From assembly GCA_001303955.1 (NCBI GenBank), contig LJUP01000001.1, positions 20,328-84,327 on the forward strand: a DNA stretch of 64,000 bases, in the 5' to 3' direction. Origin of the DNA: Bacteroides sp. SM23_62 (lineage in GTDB: Bacteria; Bacteroidota; Bacteroidia; Bacteroidales; SM23-62). The translations under genes were made by a program, and so were the position numbers. Below, piece after piece: positions 18,733-28,638 of this stretch (the stretch's first letter is position 1; each line of letters opens with the position of its first letter). The notes beneath the pieces are model-generated. The model did not search any database, was not told where the DNA came from, and was given only the letters and a program-made list of their open reading frames with translations.

Positions 18733-19765
18733 TATAAGGCGCTTCCTGCAAAAGGCGGATAGTATCCCGGTAATTGATGTCAGAACCCCGGCTGAATACA
18801 AACAGGGGCATATACCCACGGCCTACAACATCCCCCTTTTTTCCAATAAAGAAAGAAAATCAATCGGGATCAGTTACAAACAGGAAGGGCAGCAGGAGGC
18901 CCTGATGAAAGGCCTTGATTTTGCAGGTCCAAAAATGACATCATTTGTCAGGAAGGCCCATAGAATTGCCCGTCAAAAACAACTCCTCGTGCATTGCTGG
19001 CGGGGAGGTATGCGCAGTGCAAGCATGGCATGGCTTTTTGAGACAGCCGGGATGGATTGTTACCTTTTAAAGGGAGGTTATAAATCTTTCCGTCAATTTG
19101 TGCTTGCTTATTTTAATCAGGCTTTCCCTTTTATTGTCATTGGTGGTTTAACCGGTTCGGGCAAAACTGCAGTCCTGAAATCATTGGCGGAAATGGAAGA
19201 GCAGATCCTCGACCTGGAGTTCCTGGCACATCATAAAGGTTCTGCTTTTGGAAATCTGGGAGAAAAAGCCCAGCATTCAACGGAACACTTCGAAAATAAA
19301 ATCTGTTGGGAATTATTACCTCTTGATAAGAACCGTACCATTTGGATTGAGGATGAAAGTCGCAGCATTGGGCGAAATATTCTTCCGGCAGGCATTTATA
19401 ATCAGATCCGGTCCGCCCCGGTTATATTCCTTGATGTCCCTCGAATGGACAGGGTGAACAGGCTGGTGGAAGATTATGCAGGATTTTCAAAAGATGAGCT
19501 TTGTGAGAGCATACATAAGATCAGTCAGCGGCTTGGCGGAAATATCACGCGCAAAGCTATAGAGGCAGTCATAAAAGGCGAGTACAAACTGACGGCGGAA
19601 ATGATGCTTCATTATTATGATAAAACCTATCTGTTCGGATTGGGTAATCGTGATCAGCAACTGGTATTTAAGCTTCCTGTCGGTGACGTATTTAATGCTG
19701 CATCAGTCGCCAGCCAGATCCTTTCCTTTGCCAGGCAAAATCAAGTACATATAAAATATTTATAA
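18716..19765 (+). CDS. selU: tRNA 2-selenouridine synthase
   Basis: N-terminal rhodanese domain with an active-site loop (HCWRGGMRS), followed by a P-loop (GGLTGSGKT). The length of 349 aa is typical of SelU/MnmH. Confidence 0.85.
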   Translation: MPREIDIRRFLQKADSIPVIDVRTPAEYKQGHIPTAYNIPLFSNKERKSIGISYKQEGQQEALMKGLDFAGPKMTSFVRKAHRIARQKQLLVHCWRGGMRSASMAWLFETAGMDCYLLKGGYKSFRQFVLAYFNQAFPFIVIGGLTGSGKTAVLKSLAEMEEQILDLEFLAHHKGSAFGNLGEKAQHSTEHFENKICWELLPLDKNRTIWIEDESRSIGRNILPAGIYNQIRSAPVIFLDVPRMDRVNRLVEDYAGFSKDELCESIHKISQRLGGNITRKAIEAVIKGEYKLTAEMMLHYYDKTYLFGLGNRDQQLVFKLPVGDVFNAASVASQILSFARQNQVHIKYL

Positions 19766-19785
19766 ATAGTTAAATGCCTGCATTC

Positions 19786-19815
19786 TTGCAATTTTATCAA
19801 TTAACTATAAATTTG
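19786..19815 (+). promoter_or_regulatory. Putative sigma-A promoter (TTG-N19-TAAATTTG) for the hypothetical gene
   Basis: Exact TAnnTTTG at 19808-19815 and a TTG at 19786-19788. The ATG is 22 nt downstream. Confidence 0.45.
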
Positions 19816-19837
19816 TACAAATTCATTCCCAAGGCTT

Positions 19838-20542
19838 ATGTCAGGTAATAAAATAATTGAGACAATGGGGTCTATCGCAAAGGTAGAAAAACTTGAGACC
19901 CTGGATAGCAATATTCTTGAAAATACACTGGTGCTGGAGGAGGTGGAACCTTTCCCTGGATACCATGGTGCCAATTTGCCAAGCGGCTATAATCCTACAG
20001 CTGTGTATCCGATCATTAAAAAGAAATATTCTTCCATTAAAATCATTCGCATCACCCAGGAAATCAGAAAGTATTTTAAACACGGATTCGACGGTACTGC
20101 GGCCAGTATTTGCATTAATAATGATGTATATAATGCCATCCGGCTCAGAAACTTCGGGGACCTAAAAATACTACCTGAGCTTCAGAGGAGCTATATGTAT
20201 GAGGGTATTAAATTCCTGAATAAAAAAAGTGTCAAGGGAGATGGTGTCATTGAACTAAAAAAGCATTTTGAACTTGAAGCGTTGGGTGAGGGTATTTACA
20301 AAGACCTGGAAGACCCCCTCATGTATTATCTTCGCATCCCAAGACATTTGAGCTGGCAGGTTTTCTTCGAAATTACCACCTCCATCAGACACAACCTGGA
20401 CAACCTGAATTTTGATGCAGCGCTGGGTTCCATTTACCTGAAAGATATCATTGATGTGGTAAGGATCTTTGCCAAAGACATGGAACTTGGGGATCTTTCA
20501 AAGATCCGTCAGCAGTATCTGGATGAACTGAGGAAATACTGA
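19838..20542 (+). CDS. Hypothetical cytoplasmic protein (234 aa) with no recognisable motif
   Basis: A long ORF with normal codon usage and its own promoter-like element. It has no TM helix or signal peptide. Confidence 0.65.
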   Translation: MSGNKIIETMGSIAKVEKLETLDSNILENTLVLEEVEPFPGYHGANLPSGYNPTAVYPIIKKKYSSIKIIRITQEIRKYFKHGFDGTAASICINNDVYNAIRLRNFGDLKILPELQRSYMYEGIKFLNKKSVKGDGVIELKKHFELEALGEGIYKDLEDPLMYYLRIPRHLSWQVFFEITTSIRHNLDNLNFDAALGSIYLKDIIDVVRIFAKDMELGDLSKIRQQYLDELRKY

Positions 20543-21802
20543 TCAGGGTTGCCTTATTTCACTTGCATCTACCAGTTTGTATAGCTTATCCGAACGCCTG
20601 ATGATGCCAGGGACCGGTATTGAAAAGTGTTCCCCTTTTTCTGCTGTTTCTACCCGTATCCGTTCAACCTGAAGCTCAGACACGGTAAGTTCCATAATCC
20701 CTGTTGTCGGTCCGGTTACCAGGATTTCATCTCCCACACTGATTTCATTTGATTCTACAAGGAATTCTGCTACTCCAAGCCGGCTGAAATAATTTATCCC
20801 TTTCCCGATATAGATTTTTCGCTTGGCAGCATTGGATCCATATCCTTTGCTCCATTCCCCCATCTCCTGTCCAAGGTAATACCCATCCCAGAATCCCCTG
20901 TTGAAAACCTGGCCGAGCCTCTTTTCCCAGGCTTCTGTTTTGGTCCGGGAAAAAGTCCCGTCAATACAGGATGCGATGGCCTCATTATAGCATTCAGTGA
21001 CCATTTTAACATATTCCGGGCTACGTGCCCTGCCTTCGATCTTCAATACGGAAACGCCTGCATCCAGGATGCGGTCAAGGAATGAAATGGTGCAGAGATC
21101 CTTCGGAGACATGATATATTCCTGGTCGATTTCCAGCTCCTTGCCAGTCTCTTTCTCGGTTACCACATAAGACCTTCTGCATGCCTGCAGGCATGCTCCC
21201 CGGTTGGCGGAATATCCATATTGATGCAGGCTGAGATAACATTTGCCGGAGATGGCCATGCAGAGGGCACCGTGAACAAATAACTCTATCCGCATGAGCT
21301 GTCCGGATGGTCCAAGGATTTTTTGTTCTTTGATTTTTTCAGATATAGCCGCTATCTGTTCAAGTTTCAATTCCCGTGCAAGGACTACTACATCGGCATA
21401 AGCAGCATAAAACTTCAATGATTCAATGTTGCTTATGTTGAGCAGGGTGGACAGATGAACCTCGATCCCGGCCTCATGTGCAGCAGCTATTACTGAAGGA
21501 TCTGAAGCAATGATGGCAGTGACTCCAGAGGCTTTCGCCCGGCTGATGATTTCTTTCACCTGTTCCAGTTCATCATTATATATAATCGTGTTCAGGGTCA
21601 GGCATGTATTCATTTGATTTTCACTGGCGATTTTAGTTACCTTGTCCAAATCATCCAGGGTGAAATTAAACGATGACCTTGACCGCATGTTTAGTTTTTC
21701 CACACCGAAATAAACAGCATCTGCGCCACCCTGTACTGCTGCCTGCAGCGATTCGTATGATCCAGCCGGCGCCATTAATTTTATATTTTCCCTGGATAGC
21801 AT
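20543..21802 (-). CDS. Peptidase U32-family protein (the family includes the RNA hydroxylation factors TrhP/RlhA)
   Basis: LMAPAGSYESLQAAVQGGADAVYFG..., a conserved Cys cluster (CMAISGKCYLS, CLQACRR) and a U32 C-terminal beta-barrel region. Confidence 0.85.
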   Translation of the reverse strand: MLSRENIKLMAPAGSYESLQAAVQGGADAVYFGVEKLNMRSRSSFNFTLDDLDKVTKIASENQMNTCLTLNTIIYNDELEQVKEIISRAKASGVTAIIASDPSVIAAAHEAGIEVHLSTLLNISNIESLKFYAAYADVVVLARELKLEQIAAISEKIKEQKILGPSGQLMRIELFVHGALCMAISGKCYLSLHQYGYSANRGACLQACRRSYVVTEKETGKELEIDQEYIMSPKDLCTISFLDRILDAGVSVLKIEGRARSPEYVKMVTECYNEAIASCIDGTFSRTKTEAWEKRLGQVFNRGFWDGYYLGQEMGEWSKGYGSNAAKRKIYIGKGINYFSRLGVAEFLVESNEISVGDEILVTGPTTGIMELTVSELQVERIRVETAEKGEHFSIPVPGIIRRSDKLYKLVDASEIRQP

Positions 21803-21836
21803 CCGATTAAATAAAGGTTTACAATGCTTGTTTTAA

Positions 21837-23009
21837 TTAGTCCGATTTCTGAAGAATGATCCTGATAACAGTACCCTTGCCGGCTTCTGAATGCAATACG
21901 AAGATTTTTCCTTTATGATAGGTTTCGATGATCCTTTTTGCCAGCGAGAGACCCAGTCCCCATCCCCGCATCTTTGTTGTATAACCGGGTTTGAAAATGG
22001 TTTTGTGCCTGTTCTTTGGAACGCCTTTCCCTGAATCCTCGAAATCAATAAGTACATGTTTGAGCTGATCGCTTACTGAAATCTTTATGGTTCCGTTCCC
22101 TTCCATGGCATCCACAGAATTCTTACATAGGTTTTCGACTACCCACTGGAACAGAGACCGGTTTATCGGAACCACATGATCTTTGCTGTCAGGGTCAAAT
22201 GTAAAGCTTACCTGGTCCGAGGTCCGTGATTCAAGATATGCTACGGATTCCTTCAGTACCTCCAGGATATTTGCATTTTTCAGCACAGGTTTTGATCCGA
22301 TTTTTGAAAAACGTTCTGTAATTTCCTCTAACCTGCCTGCGTCTTTTTCCAGTTCACTGACCAGTTTTTTATCCGGGTGTTTCTCCTTCAGTAATTCCAC
22401 CCATCCTATCAGTGAGGACGTGGGTGTGCCCAGCTGATGGGCTGTTTCTTTCGACAGGCCAACCCATACCTGGTTCTGCTCGGCACGTCTTGATGCGCTG
22501 AAAGCCAGATAGGCCACCAGTATGAACAAGAGGATGACACCCAACTGTATATAGGGGTAATAAGTCAGCTTTACCAGCAGTGTGGAATTCCGGTAATAAA
22601 CATATTGAACAATACCGTCCCCCAGTTCAATCTCAATGGGTTCTATCTCTGATTTCATTTGTTCCAGTTGCCTCCTGCGGTAATCAGGATTTATCATTTT
22701 CAATGAATCCATGTTGCGATGGTACAGGATGTTATCTTCCTGGTCGGCGATAATTACCGGTATGGTTGTATTGTACTCCACCACCTGGAGAGGAAATCCG
22801 ATATCCCTCTGTGGAATATATGACTCTGTGATATCACTCAGATCAGCCAGTTGTCGGGTCGCTTCGGCCCACAATTCAACTTTTTTCTTTTCTTCTTGTG
22901 CCAAGAGCTTTACCAGCCGATTGGTATACAGTAATGATCCTATCCCAATAATGGCTGCGAACAGGAACAGGTATAACTTCCACCTTTGTTTGCGGTAATA
23001 AATATCCAT
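21837..23009 (-). CDS. Sensor histidine kinase (two TM helices, HisKA + HATPase), with no adjacent regulator
   Basis: H-box ETAHQLGTPTSSL. N/G boxes NLCKNSVDA, DSGKG, GWGLGL. Confidence 0.85.
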   Translation of the reverse strand: MDIYYRKQRWKLYLFLFAAIIGIGSLLYTNRLVKLLAQEEKKKVELWAEATRQLADLSDITESYIPQRDIGFPLQVVEYNTTIPVIIADQEDNILYHRNMDSLKMINPDYRRRQLEQMKSEIEPIEIELGDGIVQYVYYRNSTLLVKLTYYPYIQLGVILLFILVAYLAFSASRRAEQNQVWVGLSKETAHQLGTPTSSLIGWVELLKEKHPDKKLVSELEKDAGRLEEITERFSKIGSKPVLKNANILEVLKESVAYLESRTSDQVSFTFDPDSKDHVVPINRSLFQWVVENLCKNSVDAMEGNGTIKISVSDQLKHVLIDFEDSGKGVPKNRHKTIFKPGYTTKMRGWGLGLSLAKRIIETYHKGKIFVLHSEAGKGTVIRIILQKSD

Positions 23010-23015
23010 GGCTGC

Positions 23016-25736
23016 TTACTTTTTTTTCTTACGCCAGCGTTTTTTCTCTTCAACTTTCACGGTATCTGATTCCTCCTCGTCATCCCACACAATGGTAAAC
23101 CGTTCTTGATCAGATTTATTGTTTCTCCTTAACGAATCAGTTTTATTACTGCTTACTGAATCCTCTTCCCAGTCCAGAATGAACCTGGTTGCCTTATCAT
23201 CCTCCTTAGCCCCACTTAAGGTAGTATCTTTTTTAAAGAACCCGAATTCTTCGTTCAGGATTTCCCTAAGTTCTTTTTTCTCTTCCCTGAACTGGTCCCT
23301 GATATTCTGCATGGCCCCCCTTCTGTCATACCTTACCTCTGTACCCCGGTCAGATCCCTCGATGACCAGGTAAATAAATACCCGTCCCAGGCCATCGTCT
23401 TCTATCACACCGAATTCACTTTCTCTTTGATCAGGCTTTTTTGCCTTTTTTGAAAGAAGCTCAGAAAGGGAAACTTTCACTTTATAGGTGAAATTTTTAT
23501 CAAATCCATGTATCCCGGACCCGGTAATATCAAAGGCTGATGAATTGATGTCCATTTTCGGGATTATCACCTCCTCATTCCGGATAAATACCTGGTTTGT
23601 CAGGGTGGAGAATTTAATGTCTTCAAGTTCTTTAACATCAATGAACCTGGATAATTTCCTCATGGGTTCGAAACCGGAGAGTTCCCCGTCCTGGATAACA
23701 ATATCACAGTCTGCCAGTATGGTTTCCTTCTTGATTTTCATTTTTTCATCCAACCCTGCTGAGAAATTTACCTCTCCTGAAAGCTCCCCCCTGATATGCT
23801 TATCCATAATAAAATCCTGTCCAAAATTTCCGAAAGAAGTAAACACCCTGGTAATATCTATATCTCTAACCTTAGAGATGCTTTTCACCAGGAACTGGTT
23901 GTTACGCTGTTGTTCCAGCATGCCTTCGGTTTCGATCTGCCCTTGCATTGAGTGCAGGCTTAACCGTGGAATTGAAAGTCTTCTAGGTTTGTAAACCAGT
24001 TCACCGGTCATCTGGCTGGCATGAAATTTCCTGATCAACAATTCATCAATCCAGTACGTTGTTTTGATAAACAACCTGTCAGGCAAACTGATCGTATCAG
24101 TGCCGGAATTATGTTCAATATTCCTTTTCCATGAAGGCAGGTTATTCAAGTCAGCCTTGCTTACATAGATATCAGAATCCAGCCATAAATTTCCGTTGTT
24201 TGTGAACAGGAACTCCAGAAGATTGTCAGCCCTGCCCGATAAACTCACCTCAATACCCTCAATGCTGCCGTTCAGTGATTTGATCATTAAATGATCTTTA
24301 AATGTTAACTCACCGGTCAGGTTACGCAACTGGATGGATTTAAAGGACAATCCCAGATTTACCCCTTCAAGCCGGATCCTTGCATCATACTGGTGTTTCA
24401 ATAATTCGGATTTTTCCACCTTTGCCAGGGGCTTCTGTGTCCCGCTGATATTCACCTCTGCATACAACATGCCGTTCATTTCCCGGAAGGTGGAATCGCC
24501 AGAAATCAATGATGGGATGTCTGCAAGGTCCAGTTCTGCTTTGATGGTATAATTTATTCGCGGATTTATCAGATTTACTATTTCATAATTGCCCCCCAGC
24601 CTGGAATTCCCATAAAGCAAGGACGTATTGCTTAACAGGATCCTGGTACTTTCGGGTCCCTGTCGATTCCCGTTGGTATAATGTCCTTCAGTCCTGAGTT
24701 CCCGTATCCCGTAAGGAATAGCTGATGCTTTTAACCAGCCACCATCCAGAGAGAAACTGGCATCGATCTTAGGCATCTGTGTTTTACTGGCCATTCCTGA
24801 TATACTTGCCTGAAAGGTAATGTCTCCTCCAGCTTTCATATCACCCGGGATCTTCATGTTTTTTAGCAGGTTAAATCTTAATACCCTGTCAAGGTCCAGG
24901 TGCGTGCTGGCCAGCAAAAGATTATACTCCAGGGGCCTGGGTCGTATGATATTTCCCTTGACCGCTAGATGCTGACCGGCCAGGTTCAGGTCACCTGACA
25001 GAATCTCAATCGTCTGGGGGTTCACATACAGGGAGGCTGAGGAAGATATTTTCTGGTCCTGGAAATACTGGTTCCCTTTCTTGCTGTAGTGATACATAAT
25101 GCCTTCTATGGCAGTGGTTAAGCTGTATTCTTCCCTGGAGAAATTCCCTTTGAATGTACTTTTTCTGATATTACCCCTGATGGCCATATCCATGGCCCGG
25201 TTTTCATAATTGAGGTCGATATTGGTCAGTTTCAGGTTACCTATATCCAGCAGGAAATTTTCGGCATCATGGCCTTTCTCCCGGTTCCAGAAGACATAAT
25301 TAGTGTTACCACGCTGATCTACAAGTAAGTTCATCATGCCGGAATGTACATGTATTTCCCTGATCATATACTGCCGTTTAAGCAGTTTTGCAACGTTGAA
25401 CCTAAGGTAGAGGCGCTTTGCCTGTAAAAGTGTATCTGTATTGTGTACGGAAAGGATTACAACATTCTTTAATTCCAGCGAAGCATCCGGGAACTTCCTC
25501 AGAAATGACAGCCTAACATCATCAACCTGTGCTTCTGTCCGGATCTGTTTGTTGAGCCCGGATACCACATACTGGGTTAATTCGTCTTCATAGATCCTGC
25601 CAAGAATGGCAGCTGCTATGGCCATTATCCCCCCAGTGATTAGAAAGGATATAATAATCTTCCGGAATACTTTCAACTGAAACAATTTATAATAAAAAAG
25701 AAAAATCTGATCCGGGCCCAAGCTCCTGGGGAACAT
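23016..25736 (-). CDS. AsmA-family outer-membrane biogenesis protein
   Basis: An N-terminal TM anchor is followed by ~850 aa of beta-rich AsmA-like repeats and a Lys-rich tail. The start is ambiguous. The track ORF reaches 25799 but would overlap pepE by 113 nt. Alternatives are the ATG at 25736 or TTG codons at 25685 and 25676 just after the pepE stop. Confidence 0.8.
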   Translation of the reverse strand: MFPRSLGPDQIFLFYYKLFQLKVFRKIIISFLITGGIMAIAAAILGRIYEDELTQYVVSGLNKQIRTEAQVDDVRLSFLRKFPDASLELKNVVILSVHNTDTLLQAKRLYLRFNVAKLLKRQYMIREIHVHSGMMNLLVDQRGNTNYVFWNREKGHDAENFLLDIGNLKLTNIDLNYENRAMDMAIRGNIRKSTFKGNFSREEYSLTTAIEGIMYHYSKKGNQYFQDQKISSSASLYVNPQTIEILSGDLNLAGQHLAVKGNIIRPRPLEYNLLLASTHLDLDRVLRFNLLKNMKIPGDMKAGGDITFQASISGMASKTQMPKIDASFSLDGGWLKASAIPYGIRELRTEGHYTNGNRQGPESTRILLSNTSLLYGNSRLGGNYEIVNLINPRINYTIKAELDLADIPSLISGDSTFREMNGMLYAEVNISGTQKPLAKVEKSELLKHQYDARIRLEGVNLGLSFKSIQLRNLTGELTFKDHLMIKSLNGSIEGIEVSLSGRADNLLEFLFTNNGNLWLDSDIYVSKADLNNLPSWKRNIEHNSGTDTISLPDRLFIKTTYWIDELLIRKFHASQMTGELVYKPRRLSIPRLSLHSMQGQIETEGMLEQQRNNQFLVKSISKVRDIDITRVFTSFGNFGQDFIMDKHIRGELSGEVNFSAGLDEKMKIKKETILADCDIVIQDGELSGFEPMRKLSRFIDVKELEDIKFSTLTNQVFIRNEEVIIPKMDINSSAFDITGSGIHGFDKNFTYKVKVSLSELLSKKAKKPDQRESEFGVIEDDGLGRVFIYLVIEGSDRGTEVRYDRRGAMQNIRDQFREEKKELREILNEEFGFFKKDTTLSGAKEDDKATRFILDWEEDSVSSNKTDSLRRNNKSDQERFTIVWDDEEESDTVKVEEKKRWRKKKK

Positions 25737-26391
25737 GATCTTTTCTGAAAATCCTCGCAGGTTTTGGTCCCAGTAACTGTATGGTCCCATCTTGCACAAG
25801 GAACATTGTACCCTCTCTTAATCCCACAACAAACATACCGGGATTGGCTTCAATAAATTCTTCTATCCGCATTTCCCTTGTTTCCCCTGCATGTCCCTCA
25901 GGATTTGCATCCAGGTAATGAGGATTGATTTGGAAGGGAACCAGATTCAGCGCCCGGAAACTGCCGGGCTCAACGATTGGCATATCATTGGTGGTCCGGA
26001 TGCTTGGACAGGCCATATTGCTGCCGGCACTCCATCCTATATAGGGAGTACCTGCCAGCACTTCCTTTCGGATGGGATCCATTAAACCCTGGTCCTGCAT
26101 CAGTTTGGCAAGATGGAAGGTGTTTCCGCCTCCGACCACGATGGCCTGTGCATGTTGAACAGCCCGGACCGGATCTTCAGTCTCATGGATTGAGGTTATA
26201 TCATGCCCGATCTCCTGAAAGCGTTTCCGGACACGGCTGGTATATACGTCAAATGAAATAGTAACGCCCGCATACGGAATAAACAGCGCATTGACCATGG
26301 TACCGCCCAGGAATGATTTTATCTGTTCCAGGGGGTGTTCCAGGTAAGCTTCACCGGCATTGGTACTGTTACTGATCAATAATAGTCTCAT
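25687..26391 (-). CDS. pepE: Dipeptidase E (peptidase S51)
   Basis: MRLLLISNS...VVGGGNTFHL...GWSAGS (nucleophile Ser) follows the PepE pattern. 234 aa. Confidence 0.88.
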   Translation of the reverse strand: MRLLLISNSTNAGEAYLEHPLEQIKSFLGGTMVNALFIPYAGVTISFDVYTSRVRKRFQEIGHDITSIHETEDPVRAVQHAQAIVVGGGNTFHLAKLMQDQGLMDPIRKEVLAGTPYIGWSAGSNMACPSIRTTNDMPIVEPGSFRALNLVPFQINPHYLDANPEGHAGETREMRIEEFIEANPGMFVVGLREGTMFLVQDGTIQLLGPKPARIFRKDHVPQELGPGSDFSFLL

Positions 26392-26473
26392 ACTTTTGTT
26401 TTTAACGACCTAAAAATAATAAAAGTATGAGTTCGCATCCAGCAGTGACAAAGAATGTCTGAATCCAGGATTT

Positions 26474-27235
26474 TTACAGGCTGGACAAGGTTTTATTCCT
26501 GCTTATTACAGGAATATTGTAAGTCTGTATATTATTGGTCTTGATATTGACAGTCATTAGTTTGCCTGACAAGACATCACCGAAACCAGTAATTATCTTA
26601 ATGCCCTCTATGGCCTGGTAACAGCCAATCATTCCCGGCAAGACACCCAGTAAACCGCTTTCTTCGGCCTCTACATATGAGCCCGGTTCCGGGGGATCCG
26701 GATACAGGCATCGCAATGTCGGACCATCTTTATAATTAAATACGCTCAATTGACCTTCATACTTGTACACTGCTCCATAGATCCAGGTTTTCCCCTCAAC
26801 CACGCAGGCATCATTGATCAGGTAACGGGTTGTAAAATTATCCGTAGCATCAAAAACCAGGTCATGGTCCCTGATCATTCCCAGGATATTATTTTTAGCC
26901 AACCTGAAATTAAATATTTCAAAATTTACATCCGGGTTGAGTTTTGATAATCTTTCCTTGGCAATGATTGATTTTAATTTACCAAGGTCCTTTACACCAA
27001 AAAGTATCTGGCGCTGAAGGTTGCTCTCATTTACCTGATCGTTATCCACAATCCCGATATATCCAACACCTCCCGCACTCAAATACTGGAGTATGGGGGT
27101 TCCCAATCCCCCTACCCCAATTACAAGCACACGGGAATTTTTAAGTTGAATCTGGCCCTCCTCACCAATTTCAGGTAACATGATTTGCCTTTGATAACGG
27201 CGTTTTTCATTGGCAGAAAGCTGGTCAGAAGGCAT
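26474..27235 (-). CDS. HesA/MoeB/ThiF-family E1-like adenylyltransferase
   Basis: RYQRQIMLPEIGEEGQ...VLVIGVGGLG is the nucleotide-binding motif. 253 aa with no rhodanese domain. Confidence 0.85.
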   Translation of the reverse strand: MPSDQLSANEKRRYQRQIMLPEIGEEGQIQLKNSRVLVIGVGGLGTPILQYLSAGGVGYIGIVDNDQVNESNLQRQILFGVKDLGKLKSIIAKERLSKLNPDVNFEIFNFRLAKNNILGMIRDHDLVFDATDNFTTRYLINDACVVEGKTWIYGAVYKYEGQLSVFNYKDGPTLRCLYPDPPEPGSYVEAEESGLLGVLPGMIGCYQAIEGIKIITGFGDVLSGKLMTVNIKTNNIQTYNIPVISRNKTLSSL

Positions 27236-27304
27236 AGAGGGTTTTTTTTATAAAGTTATAATTTTCAGGGGAAAATGATGCCCATCATAAATGAAAGTAC
27301 CGTA

Positions 27305-28591
27305 CTAATTGAATTGGTGGATCAGCTCCAGCAGATTTTCTGAAATAAGGGCTTCGGTCCCGTGCATGGTCCTTGTAACCATAATTTCGTAACCACCTTC
27401 AGGATAGGACCCGTCTGTACAGAGATAACCACTGTTGCCGTTACAATGGGTTACTACCACAGTGTTCACAAATGGGGATTTTTTTTTGACATACAGGCCG
27501 ATCTCTGTCATCAATTCGCCTGAGATCCCTGCAAAAACAACATTTCCGATCTTCAGGGCCGAGAGGACTATTTCTACATCTTCACCGGCTTCCAGTTCCT
27601 GGTCCGGCAACCTGCTTTCCAGCCGTTTTTTCCCATTGGCAATCACTGTTTTCTTCATGGCCCCTATACTGCCGCCAGGTGATACTTTAATTTCTTTCGC
27701 CACGCTTAACACTTCTTCTCCCAGCAGCATACCAATGGCATCTATGTCCTGGAATTTGTCGTTGGGGCCATAGATCGGATTTATATCCGCCGATGCACCG
27801 GCTGTTACATGAACGATAACCTTGCCGTCAAGTCCCTTTTCGACAAAACGTGCAGTCGCTCCCGGCCAGTCCCCTGTGATCTGGTAGTTTTCCCCTCCTC
27901 CGGTGGTACCATGACATGGCCAGTTCACCAGGAGGGCAATGGGATTTTTATCAAGATCCTCGATCTTCAAAACTGAAACCTCATGGTCGCAGGGACCATC
28001 GGGATTGCGCCCCAGCCAGATGCTTCCATCAGCAAAACGGGCCCTCCGGTTTATATTCATATTACAGATACCTTTTCCGGCACCGATCAGGACAGGCTGT
28101 AATCTTTGCCCGGCGATTTTAACCACCTTGATAATGCTTTCCTGTAGTTTGTTTGCATAGGCTTCAACCTCTGGTATGGCTTTTTCGCTATATGTCATAT
28201 TGGCCGGTCCACCGTGATTATGACTGGCAGCCAGCAGTATGTAATCAGGGTGGATTCCTGCGGCTTCTTCAATTTTACTGAAGACCTCACCACAGAACCT
28301 GTGGGAAAAGCCGATAAGGTCGGCAGTAATGATGGCTGCTTTCCTGCTACCATCGCTGAATACGACAGCGGTTAGATACAGTGAATCATGAATTCCTGTA
28401 AACGGGTCTTTCCTGCCTCCGTAACCGCTCATCGGGATGGGCGTTATGGGTGTGATATTAACCTTGGCTGCACCGGCAAGAATGTCACTTACGGCGATAT
28501 CCTCCGGGGATGAAGGGGGAGAGAAACTGACCAGGGAGTTCATAAGGGCGAGGGAAAGGATGATTAATAATCTTCCAACGATTTTTATCAT
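27305..28591 (-). CDS. Neutral/alkaline ceramidase N-terminal-domain-like hydrolase, secreted
   Basis: Signal peptide. AAKVNITPITPIPMSGYGGR...HDSLYLTAVVF...ASHNHGGP is the pattern of the bacterial ceramidase-like family. Confidence 0.7.
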   Translation of the reverse strand: MIKIVGRLLIILSLALMNSLVSFSPPSSPEDIAVSDILAGAAKVNITPITPIPMSGYGGRKDPFTGIHDSLYLTAVVFSDGSRKAAIITADLIGFSHRFCGEVFSKIEEAAGIHPDYILLAASHNHGGPANMTYSEKAIPEVEAYANKLQESIIKVVKIAGQRLQPVLIGAGKGICNMNINRRARFADGSIWLGRNPDGPCDHEVSVLKIEDLDKNPIALLVNWPCHGTTGGGENYQITGDWPGATARFVEKGLDGKVIVHVTAGASADINPIYGPNDKFQDIDAIGMLLGEEVLSVAKEIKVSPGGSIGAMKKTVIANGKKRLESRLPDQELEAGEDVEIVLSALKIGNVVFAGISGELMTEIGLYVKKKSPFVNTVVVTHCNGNSGYLCTDGSYPEGGYEIMVTRTMHGTEALISENLLELIHQFN

Positions 28592-28638
28592 GGTATGCTG
28601 TTTTTGGTTTATATTGTTTTGTTCGATCTAAGTATTTG

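Noticed and set aside
23664-23675. GGGTTCGAAACC, a word that resembles a tRNA T-arm.
   Set aside because: It lies inside the AsmA CDS. No acceptor, D or anticodon stems can be built around it. I found no tRNA in the window.
23488-23994. A 168-aa + strand ORF lies inside the AsmA-family gene. Similar antisense ORFs occur at 3091-3495, 1453-1773 and 62301-62531.
   Set aside because: All are antisense to better-supported coding sequence or relics. They are Ser/Leu/Phe-rich and have no start context or motifs.
27479-27487. A T9 homopolymer (A9 on the coding strand, encoding VKKKS) lies inside the ceramidase-like gene. Other 7-8-nt A/T runs occur at 23020-23027 and 27242-27249.
   Set aside because: It could in principle act as a slippage or phase-variation tract. 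However, runs of this length are expected in a genome of this AT content and Lys usage, the frame is intact, and there is no supporting evidence.
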